DNA from: Vicugna vicugna
Taxonomy: Eukaryota
NCBI GenBank assembly: GCA_013265495.1
Contig: MU057987.1
Coordinates: 310,001-374,000 of the forward strand
Direction of reading: 5' to 3'
Length of the DNA stretch: 64,000 nucleotides
In this document: piece by piece, positions 40,316-51,179 of the stretch
Layout of the letters: every line of letters starts with the position of its first letter
How positions within the stretch are numbered: position 1 is the first letter of the stretch
Translations under genes and position numbers: made by a program
Notes under the pieces: generated by a model
What the model saw: the letters and a program-made list of their open reading frames with translations, nothing else
Told to the model about the DNA's origin: nothing
The model's database searches: none

Positions 40316-43104
40316 ATTTCTATTACCATCTCAAACAACATTTATTCAGTTACAGGATACTCATGTCAAAGATAAGAAAAAGAAGAAGTGTGAAACCTCA
40401 GAAACCATTCACAATTTAATATCCAAGAATGTAATTCAATGTGAGTCATTTCTCTGAGAAGAGTAATAGAGTTGAAAAATCTAACAATCTCAAAATAATG
40501 GCTAACGCTCCACTTTCCATGTTTAAAAAGACAATAATCAAGAGCCCCAGTAAGCAAATAAAACATCAAACAAAACTGGAAAAAAACTAGGAAGATACAG
40601 ACAAAACTTCTGCATAATGTAACCAATCTTTTGCAATCTTTAAATAAAATACTTAAAAAAAGCCACATGGTCAGAAAAACAGTTTACTGGTGGTAAGGTT
40701 GAAAAGGGCTACATCAAGTCATGTGCAATGTACTCTTCAATGAATAAAGATGATCTCAACATTAGGGATAAAAACTAGAGACTAAGTTAAAACATGAATA
40801 AGTTTAGAAAAATCAGGAAGAAAGGTAAGTTTTATTGCAAAGGATATGCTGTTGTATCTTATTCAAGTTTTTCATAACATTTATGTAATATTGAGTATCA
40901 ACGATGATTTGAATTAGGCTAATTCCTTAACTTTCTTCCTGATGATTCAAGTTTCTGGTTTTTTAGAGAAGGATCAAGAGAAAGGCAGAGATTTCTGGCT
41001 CTAAGATGATCTTTATGGTTATTCTCTTCTTCCTCCTCCCTCAATTTAACAGAAAGACAAAATGATATAGAAAGAAGAGAGAAGATGGGAAGGGAGCTCT
41101 GGACAAGCTGGAGACTGGGTTACAGGTGGGGAAGGGACTGCAAACACCTCATGGAGTAGACAGCCCTCCTTTGGTTGGCTGCAGATGTACCACAACACTG
41201 AATGTCCTGGGACCGTATCAAGGGAGACTGGAAGCCCAGTAGTTTAGTCCCAGCTCTTGAAGCTTCTGCCAGATTGGGGCCACCCCACTCAACTCTGTCA
41301 TAGTCCGGGCAACCTGCCTTGATATATGAGCCTTACTTATTAACACAGGCAATCTTCTCTGGGCACTGTCTCAGCGCCCAAGGGAAGTTTAACATTCTTC
41401 ACTGACCCTCCTCTGCCACCATCCCAGGGCTTCAGAGGGATGAGTCCGTATCTATCTGTATTTCATCTGTCTATCCATCCATCATCTATCTAAATATATA
41501 TTCTAACACAAATATGTCCCCACTGTGTCATTTGCACACACAACAATCCACATTCATGAACCATATTCCTAGAACTTCCAAAACTAGATATGATACAAAA
41601 CATACAAGGAGGCAAAAGGACCTTTGCTGAAGGTTCTCCCTTGATGCCACCTCTCTTAAAACTTATCCTATCACAAAATAGGACAGCTGAAACAAGTATG
41701 AATTTTTTTAACACCAAATAATATTTATTGAATGCTTAGTAAATGACTTGATATTTGAAAACCTTTTGTGCACAGAAACTTTCCACACTATGGTGAAAAG
41801 TGTTTTATAAGTTATTAATCTTTCTTCTCTATTAATCTAGGAATGAGCTGTGTCTCACACATTACAATTCACCTTTTACACTTAATACATGTACATATTT
41901 AATATATTTAAAAATCTTTAAAGACATCATTCTCGCCTTTAAGTTGAGGATGTGTCTAGGATTTCTTCCTGCCCTCCTCCCTCATCCTCCGTTCTTCCTT
42001 ACACTGTTCATGTACGAGGACAACCCCAGTGACAGCCCCTTAAATGTTTTCCCACCACCACACAAGGCAACTGGCTTGTAATTTTGTCAGTTCTCCTGTG
42101 TTAGTTATCCGAGCTAAACTGTAAGTGTAACCCCCAACTGGACAACGCAGTTAAACAGGCTGGGAAGGAGGGTAAAGGGAACAGTAAAATAACGGTTGAT
42201 AAAGAGTCAGTGACTCTGCAGTGAAGGAGGCGGTCAAGGCCTATCAGCAGGGAGCTGCTGTCCAGACATCCAAGATGATGAACTGTACAGTGCTTCCTAT
42301 AATCACAGCATACACGGGAAGAATCAGGACAGAGACCAGAGCATGGCAGCATCATTCTCACGTGGAAATACACTCCGAGGGAGCACTCATTATAGGAGAG
42401 TCCCACAGATACACACATCATCAGAAATCACGGATCACAGACCTATAAAATGTCAACTTTGTACTTAATCTATGAATTTCAGCGTCTTCAGCCTAAGGAG
42501 TCTGAGAAATCCATACAACTGGGATAGAGCCTAATGTCAGGAAACTGCTGTCTCAGTGCAAATGTCACGGATGGAGACAAGGAGACTCCTGAAGAGGAGA
42601 GCAGCTGGAGGCAACAAGCAGAGTCCAGGCAGGTCCTCAGGTGAAGAGGACTGGAGGTTAGCATCAGAACCATGCTGCACACCTCCTATGGGGAATCACT
42701 ATGTCTTCATGGGACAAGCAGCAGGTATAAATGCGACACATTGATACTGAGCCGCCCCTCCCTTGGCAGTCTCCTGTTCCCCTGGAGTTCGCCAAGACTG
42801 CAGCACAGGCACTCAAGCAGAGTCCTTCACCTTCTTCCCCTTCTCCTGACTTCCTGACAAGCTGCCTGCCCTCCCGGGGGCTGCTCCGCTACCAGGCACA
42901 GCTGTCCTTGCCCAGATGCTCCCCTACTCCAACCGAAGGTCAAAGCTGACTATGGTCCACGACCACGTGGTTACTTCACCTCCCTTACAAGCGGAGCTGT
43001 TGCCCATATCTCTGCAGTAACTCTGCTCATTGTCTCTCCAGATGGCTCTCTGCTCAGTTCTCCACTGAAGATGCGTGGCAGGTTGCTTGGGAAAGTGATG
43101 CTCT

Positions 43105-43542
43105 CTCTCCACCCCTCCCCTTCCTGTATTCATGACATTTTCATTAAGATGGAACCTATTTCCCTGCCCCTTGAATCCAGGTTCGCCTTGCCATTTGCTT
43201 TGGCAAACAGAACCTAGCAAAGGTGGCACATGCCTCACCTACATCAGCCTGAGCCCTCTATCATCACCCAGAGAAAAAGCCCAGCTAACTGGCTGGTGGG
43301 TGGGACCACATGGACCAGTCACTGCTGTCAGCCCAGATGACAGCCAGCCAACTCCCCGAAGCAGGGCCATCTAACTGGCCTTCAGCTCCCAACAGATGCA
43401 CGAGGCCACTCAGCCACTATCAGACCCAGCCAGCTGGGGCCAGCCTAAACAGCGGACCCAAAGAGTCATGAGTCACATGATGGTTGTTATTTTAAGCCAT
43501 TAAATGTGGGGGTGGTTTGCTACACTGTAGTAAGTACTTAAC
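43105..43542 (+). mobile_element. MLT1E/F-like MaLR LTR
   Basis: tatttccctgccccttgaatc ... cagccagccaactccc ... ggttgttattttaagccattaaatgtgggggtggtttgctac. Confidence 0.75.
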
Positions 43543-43989
43543 AGAATAAGTTACCCATGGCAAATTGTCCACCTAGTAGGTAACTCTCTAGATCAGCTAA
43601 TTCTCCACAGCAGAAATATTTGAGCCTCCTGTTATATATCAAAACATATATTAGAATATCAAAATACTGTTTTATAACACTGCATTATATTGTATGATGC
43701 TATAGTATTACACTGAGTGACACTACATTATTACATATCCCATTATACATTTTCAGAGGACACAGGTATCCAGGGGAAGCTTTGTTGGTGGTGGGGAGAT
43801 GGTGTTACACTTAGCCTCACTAGATCAGAAAACACTGCTCCTTCCAGCAGCCAGGCCACGCCGCTCAGTCTAACCCACCTTGCTCAACTTTCTCCTCCTC
43901 TTGTCTTTTCCAAAGCTGCTCCTCAGTCTGGCTTTCACCAATGATCAGTTCTTTCAGAAGCATCTGTACACAATTCTGTCACTTAGGAT

Positions 43990-44395
43990 GCCTACAGATG
44001 CAAGCACCTAAATTGGCTGTGTTAGAGAGTGAGAAAACTTACTTTCTCACATACCAAAAAAATCCAGATGTAGACAGCTCCATGGTTGCTTAATTCAACA
44101 GTTCCATGACATCAAGAATTCATCTTTCCACCTAACTGCTGAATAAGACGGCAGCTTTGTCCTGAGAATAGCACTCTCCTGGGCACAAAATTGTTGCCAC
44201 CGCTGCAGACATTATGTCTAGACACAACATCTCTGCCTCAGTGTGTCTTGTTAAGAACCTTTCCCAGAAGTCCACCAGCAGAACCCCCTCAGACCTCACA
44301 AACTAGAACTAAAACATGCCTCGTTCTAAATCAGTCGTTGGCAAGTGGTATCATATAATCATGATTCACTCAAGTCAGCTAGGATTTACCCCCTT
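43990..44395 (-). mobile_element. Old MLT1 (J/K-like) LTR
   Basis: ttctcacatacc...aatccagatgtagacagctccatggttg ... aacctttcccagaagtccaccagcaga. Confidence 0.55.
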
Positions 44396-44676
44396 AGAAG
44401 TGTCTGCTAAAATACCTAACTTCTATGTAGGAACAAGATCAAACCATTTTTACGGTTTTCAGAGGCCCTACGCCACTTGACGTGTTTGACCTAAGTGCCT
44501 GCTTCCAAACATCTCTTCATTCCATGACAAAGTTCTTTGCGGCAAATTCTTTCCTAAATTTACATGTAAGTTCAGCTAGTACTCTGGATTATATGTGGTT
44601 ATAGAGAAGGAGCACTGTGTCAGTGACTGGCATCAGACACAGCCAGTTACACTTTCCACATCCACTTGTTCAAGTT

Positions 44677-44841
44677 CAGCCATGCCCAAGTTGGTCCTTG
44701 GACCAGCAGCATCACCTGGGAATTCTTTTCTGGCCGCATCCCAGATTAGTGAAACAGCAATCCTGAGGGTAAGACTCAGCTGTGTGTGTTTTACAAGTCT
44801 TTCAGGCTATTCCGATGCTCCCTAGTGTTTGAGAACCACTG
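44677..44841. mobile_element. MER5A DNA transposon
   Basis: ggtccttggaccagcagcatcacctggg ... gtttgagaaccactg. Confidence 0.75.
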
Positions 44842-45099
44842 CAGTACGTACGAGCTATGTGGCTTCGTACAAGATATACTCTCTTTCAGGCTCAGATTGT
44901 CAGTCTTTCAAATGGGGTAATAAGATCTCTCTTAAAGTGTTACTGTAAAAATTAAACAATGTATAAAATACTTAGTACAGTGCTGGTGCAAACAAACATG
45001 TCAGCATATTTTCATGTACATAAAACTACACATTAATTCTTAAAATCTATGTACACACTCAAACAAAGAAATCATTGCTCAGGAAGAAAAAAATCTATG

Positions 45100-46850
45100 T
45101 ACTACTATGAAGATGTGTATAAATGTATTAAATGAACTGATTACAAAACTACATATTTTTAAAGATGCACATCTATTATTTTTATTTTATACCAATTTTT
45201 TTTATTAAACATATACAAAGAACAAAAAAGCAAATATGAAAATCTTATAAAAACAGCCATTTCCCAGTTACACTACCACCACTCGGCTACATTTTAGCAA
45301 ACTAACGCTATTTATTTCCGTATTTCTGAACAAGATGCACAGATTTCTATTTCTTAATTCACCAATTTTAGACACTCCTTTCATGAGGATGAGGATTTAG
45401 TTCTCTTAAACTACCATCTCCACTTCCTCCTGCCTCATTTCCCAAATGAGATTTTATCTTCGTATTTAGCGAAATCAATTCTTTACATTACTGTGACTTC
45501 ATAAATGTAGTTCTATTGGTCAATAAATTACAATGACATTGTTTCTTCTTGTGCATTTGTTCTCTTTTGGAGGCAAGAACTGCTCAATATTCCAACAGCT
45601 CAACCTAGCCAATAGATCAGGAAAATTAATCTCAGTAATAACCTCCTACGCAAATGTCAGATAAACCACCAGCTCTGTGTTTCCCTAAAGAACGCTCTCC
45701 TGGAGTTTGAACTAGCTGCTGAGATTTCTCCAACACATTCTTGCCCTGTGTTAGAGATTTTCTGTTCTGACCCCCTACCTTTTTGTCATTTCTTGATTTA
45801 CTGATTCATTTTGGCGAGGTTCCTCTTAGCAGCTTCCTGAGAAAGGATCCAGAGGAAGTGTTTTGAGTTCTTGCCTGTTCACAGATGTCTTTCCTTGCAC
45901 ATCTGCTTGTCAGTTTCATTGTGAACAGAACAGAATCCCAGGTTAAAAATCATTTTTCATCAGAATTCGAAGGAATCACTCTAGTACTTCCTACCTTCCA
46001 GGATTCAACGCCACACTTTCCCCCAGCCTCCTGTATTTGCCCTCCTTAGTTTGCTTCCTTAAGTTCTCACCTTTAGTGTTTTAATACAGACTAACATCCC
46101 TTCATAGGCGTCTTATTCATTGTAGCAGGTGCTCTGTGGGCTCTTCACCACTGAGAAGTCCTTATTGGATAATTTTCTATTTGTTCTCTTTACATACTAT
46201 TAGATATTGGATGCACTGGTTGATAACTGTCTCACTGTTTTTATACTACTGTGCATTTTCTTTTTGATCTTTTCAGCTTTCTTTTTCCCTTTTCCCTATT
46301 TCAGGATTTTTTTTTATTATTGCTTATAAATCTGGTATCTCAGATTTTTTTCTACATTTTTTAAAATGCCCTCTGCGTTGCCTGTTACCTCCAATTTTCT
46401 GTTTTTGTTTTCATGGGTTTTCAGGTTAGAAGCTTTTTTTTAGTATCTCATGGTCCTTGAATGTCTGTGTATGGTAGAAAAAGATGCTAAAAATCTAATC
46501 TGATGCTCTGGGTTTCTTGGCCAATTTTTGAAACTACGGATTTTACTCAAAATAATCAGGATTTAAACTGGATTTTTCTTTGGAGAACCTCCCAAGTGTC
46601 AATGTATTTCCTACAATGTTAAGTTTCTGACTTGGAAAATCTAATTTTTCTTCTCAAGGGTATGAGTTCCAGAAACAGATGAAGAGAGCTACAAACCTGC
46701 CGTTCAGCATATAAACTTTAATTTCATCTCCAACTATCCCCTCAAGAGAAAGAAAATAGCTCATTGTACAGAAAAGTGGCCAATGACCTTCTGTGGTGAC
46801 CCACATTCCACAAGCTACTTAAGATTTGGATAATCTTGTGTTTCTCTTAA
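45100..46850 (-). mobile_element. Highly diverged L1M(E)-type LINE region
   Basis: T-rich + strand with agcttcctgagaaagga, ggttaaaaatcatttttcatcagaatt and gtgctctgtgggctctt, as in old L1 5'/ORF1 regions read antisense. Confidence 0.45.
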
Positions 46851-46872
46851 GCATCTAACAGGAAGTATCACC

Positions 46873-47253
46873 TGTTATGGACTGAACTGTGTTCCCAAAA
46901 AATCGTATGTTGAAGTCCTAACCCCCAGCACCTCAGAATGTGAGACTGATTGGAAATAAGGCCTTTAAAGAGGTAATGAGGGTAAAATGAGACCTCCAGG
47001 GTGGGCCCTAATCCAATCTGACCAGCATCCTTATGAGATGAACAGTAGGAGAGACTTATGAGACACACCTGGGTCACCAGTGCCAGAAAAAAGGCCACAT
47101 GAGGACACAGGGAGAAAGCAGCCATCTGCAAACCAAGAGGCAGCCTCAGAGAAGCCAGCCCTGCCAATTTCTTGATCTTGGACTCTCAGCCTCTAGAACT
47201 GTGAGAAAATCAATCTCTCTAGCATTTAGTTACAGCTGCCCAGCAAACTAACA
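46873..47253 (+). mobile_element. MLT1B-like MaLR LTR
   Basis: tgttatggactgaactgtgttccc...ctaacccccagcacctcagaatgtga...gatcttggactctcagcctctagaactgtgagaaaat...aactaaca. Confidence 0.85.
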
Positions 47254-49139
47254 TAGTGCCCACGGGTACGTACAAGTCCCCAATCACTGCTCATTACTGG
47301 ATAACTGATTTGCCTGCTTGGCTAATTGATACCCTCCCCATGTGCTCTCACCTGCTACTAAGGGGTCACCCACAAAGAGCTCCCATACAGTCCGAGAGCT
47401 TCTCTCATCCCTGGAGGCCAAGAGAGTGAGTGGGGAAGGCTACAGTTCATGATCCGGGGCCACAGTCAACCAACAAGGGGCTAGAGTATGGGCCAGCCCC
47501 CTCACCCTTTAATGGGACAATTCCAACGTGTGTCTCTCAGAAGGTCCCCAGCAGAGCTGAGCAGCCTTTGTCCATCATCCCACAGCCAAGTGTCACAGCT
47601 GAAGGACTGCATAGGGGAAAAGATCCCAAGAAAACATGCCATGACAGTTATGTATCTCAAATATGTTATCCTTCATCCTCACTACACAACTAATTCACTT
47701 GCTGCTGCTCATGCCTCCCTTACAGCATCAGTGGTGTCAACTATAAGGGCTGCTCCCAAATCACTTAGGTCACACAGAAGGTCTGCATAAGGGCTTAAAT
47801 AATTATAAATTCATTTCATTATATACACTAAAATATAAACGTTCCTACTATCTTTTATTAGATTTAGAAATTTAAATTTTATCAGCCTAAGACATTTCAT
47901 TGTACCAGTGATTCATGTCTGTTGAGGAGTTTGTGGAAAGCCATCCCCCCCGGAATAATTTTGAGCACGAAATCCCAGAGTGGCATTTCACTCTGTTTTT
48001 CCTCTAAAATTAACAAAGATTTTTGTCCAACTACATAATACAAAAAACACACTATTAGGAAGTTTCGGCAATAAAATGACAAAGTTCTAAGAAAATATAC
48101 AGTGTGACGAGGATTTTACTTCCACTTGAGTTGAATCTATGATTGGCTTCAGTCCAGAATTTCTCACCCCCTGGGAATTCACTCTTTTCACACCTCTTGT
48201 TTTAGTTTCAGTTTCTCCCAAAGTAGATTGGAAGTGAGTAGCTACTTGGGAAGCCAGAAGTATCCCAGCAGAAGGATAGAGGGGAGAATCCAAATGTGAC
48301 TGAGTTTAAATCCTCCAAAGATGGAGTATTTCCAAATGAGAACAAGTTGAACTTACAAGAGATGGTTTTAAATTAGAAGAGACCAAGTATCTAAATAGGT
48401 GAAATTACATTACACAGGTTTGTCCACTCGTAGAAAAATTGTAGGCAGCAAAAATTTTTACCAATTGTGATTTGAGACGGACAGAAGTCTAAAGTGGCAG
48501 ACGGCTGACGGAATCTGAGCTCTCCAAGGACAGAGAGGGGTTGCCTTCCATTCAGTGCTATCAGATCCATGCCTAGAACAGTGCCTGGACCACAGGCGTC
48601 AACAGTGAATATTGGTGGGATGAAGGGAGGGAGGATTAGGTGAGATGGGAAGGACTTGGGGTTCCCAGGACCTTCATTTCATTAGGAAGTTGAAATTAAT
48701 TAAAAACAATCATTCGGAAACTCTAACCACCATTACCAGAATAAACTGACAACATATCCAACAGGAGAAGCCATCATAAAAAGGTTATGGGTATGCCAGT
48801 GTGTATAATATTTTTGAACAGGCAAAAAGTTGCCTCCATGCTGAACTGTGGAAAATACGGTGACAATAATACCAGATCAAGTATTATTGCATAAAAACTT
48901 ACCCTTACAATGTTTGGAAGTCTTAGTCCACTAGGGCCGCCCCCACTCACTAAATCAGAACATTAACACGTTTTTATTATCATGCTAATTAGTGATAGTA
49001 GCAGTAACACAAGTAAACGTGGACAGAAACAAGATAGAAGCCATATATTTGGTTATAGTACATAATTAACAAATTCTGGGATCTGAACCTTCAAAACCAT
49101 CCAAGTCTTAAAACCTTAGAGACCAACTAACCCCTGGCA

Positions 49140-49330
49140 TCTGAATGCTCAGGTTTGAAACCAAGCTCCACAACTTACTAACTCAATGAACTGGTACAAG
49201 TTTAACAGTTCAGCGGCTCTGTTTTCTCATCCGTAAAATAGGAATTATAATAGTCCCTCATCACTAGGTTATCGTTAGGATGAGACAGATTATCCACAGA
49301 AAGCACGCAGTAAATACTTGGCACGTGAAA
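49140..49330. mobile_element. MIR SINE
   Basis: ggtttgaaaccaagctccacaacttacta ... ctctgttttctcatccgtaaaataggaattataatag. Confidence 0.75.
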
Positions 49331-50223
49331 ATATGAGACGAGTCTCATTTGATGCAGGGACTTCCCCTAGTTGAGAGCTGACAGACTCAGTAACAGCTGA
49401 TTATAATTTAGCATTTACATTGGGCTAGTCACCATGCAAAGTGCTGTATATTAGCCAATTTTAATACTTATTACGTCTCAAAATGGCCTAAAATGCTATT
49501 TTCTTTGACCGCCACATGTTGAACAAGGGACTCAAGCAGTATCATTAGCATTTTTGTATTTTCGTATGAAATGCTATTTTCAAATTTCTCAGCCCTATCT
49601 TTGAAATGGGTAGTTTTCTTCAAAGTACACATAGGCAAATATATGTAACCATGGTTAAATTTCATTTTCCTGGCCTTGGACCATCATTCCAGCTAATTCA
49701 AGTCTGTTTACCAAAACACTGAATGACTTGCAACTTTGGGTTGAATACTACAGAAAGCAAAAGGGAAACCCAATGATTTGCTACCGATGACCTCCTTCCA
49801 CCTAATCTTTAAGTTACTTGTTTTAATACTGTCTGATAGACGTTAAACTTGCCCAGCTGACACTTCATCTGGCCTAATTTCTAAGCTCAGAGATCTTAGC
49901 TGTAAAGTGGGGGAAGTCTTACAGTGCTGTGTGTGAGGGTCAAGCGAAGACACATTTAAAAGACTCAGACTATTATTACACTGTGCTGGTTTTCTTTTCC
50001 TCCATTCAATTGATAATGATATTTGTTTGGAGTGCTGGCCAGGTCTCCTAAAGAAATTACACTTCGTCACGGAATTTTTCTTTCAATCACTTAGGCTGTG
50101 GCCTAAACCAGCTGAAACCCATGTGCAAAAAATGCAAACAGATTATAATGTATCAATTTAGGTCAGGAAGCCATATCAAAAAAGAGAGTGCAATGAGCCT
50201 CTAGTTCTGTAATTCAAAAGGAC

Positions 50224-50845
50224 TGTTGTGGAGACAGGCGGAAAGGAGGCAGGGCACGACCTTTAAAAGAATGACTCAGCAACTGAAGATTCCACTCCCA
50301 GTAACTGAGGCCCAGGGTGGTGGGAAACTCACCTCTCAGTAAACCTTGAGCCCCAAGATGGAGGAAGATGCAACTTCCAGTAGACCTTGAGCTTCATTAT
50401 ACGCTCACTGTAATGTATTAACAATACTAAATGACACTCCCACAGGTGCCAGGACAGGTCCAAGGCTGGTCAGAAAAGGCCAAAAAGCTGGCAGTGGCCC
50501 AAATCCTGGGAATCCCTGCCCTTTCCCCAAAGTAGACCGCCTCTGGCCTGCTGGGCTTTCTTGCCTTGGGAGACGGCCTGCACTCTGTCTACGAATGTGT
50601 ATCCATTTTTACTTTAAACCCCCTCCCCCAGGCCATGCCAGCCTTCGGCCTCCCTGGCCTCAGACGGCCTGCACCCTGTCTATGGAGTGTATCTCTCTGA
50701 ATAAACCCACCTTCACTCAATTACAGCTGTCTCTTGAATTCTTTCCTGTCGGAAGCCAAGGACCCTCCCTCGGTGGGGCGCCTCCCAGGGACTCGGGGGA
50801 GACCTGGGACACGGCCCTCCTCTCGCGCCCGGTTTTCCTACGCGT
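50224..50845 (+). mobile_element. MER41-like ERV1 solo LTR
   Basis: ctaaatgacactcccacaggtgccaggacag; tctgtctatggagt-like motif; AATAAA at 50700; ttgaattctttcctgtcggaagccaaggaccctc, all recalled from MER41-family consensi. Confidence 0.65.
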
Positions 50846-51036
50846 TACTTGGGCTTAGACCATTCCCAGCAGGTGCGACCATTCAGCGTAAGAGCAGGCT
50901 GGTGGGCTACCTGAGCCGGGCTCCCATACCTGTTGCGCGGGAGGCCCACTGGTGGAAATACTCCTCCTCTCCCGAGCAGGCGAAACCGCTGCCCAAACTA
51001 TCCCACTCTCCCTCTCTCTGCGTGTTCGGTACTCAC

Positions 51037-51126
51037 CTCCCCTGCAGGGGCGAAAACGGCAGGTCCCCGCTCCCACTTCGGCACAAGCGCCTCCACTTCC
51101 TCCCCGCACCAGGTCCTCGGAGAACT
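51037..51126 (-). ncRNA. Predicted non-coding first exon (90 nt) of a long minus-strand transcript (lncRNA or 5'UTR exon)
   Basis: Runs from the predicted Inr to a strong donor GAG|GTGAGT (actcac at + 51031-51036). No ATG in the exon. Contains an ETS motif GAGGAAGTG (51094-51102). Confidence 0.7.
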
Positions 51127-51179
51127 GGAAGCTCGCGCAGGCGCGCCTCCGCCTTATAAAGCCCGCAGGTCTCGCGAGT
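51122..51179 (-). promoter_or_regulatory. Core promoter: TATA-like box, Inr, NRF1-like and BANP/ZBTB33-like motifs
   Basis: Minus strand TTTATAAGG (51160-51152; TATA starts 51158). Inr CCAGTTC (YYANWYY) with +1 A at 51126, 32 nt downstream. GCGCAGGCGC at 51135-51144 is NRF1-like. TCTCGCGAGT at 51170-51179 is 9/10 to TCTCGCGAGA. Confidence 0.65.

Noticed and set aside
3314..50281. Window-wide AP-1 (TGASTCA) enrichment
   Set aside because: Roughly 15 sites seen by eye against about 8 expected at uniform base composition; not convincing without a proper background model.
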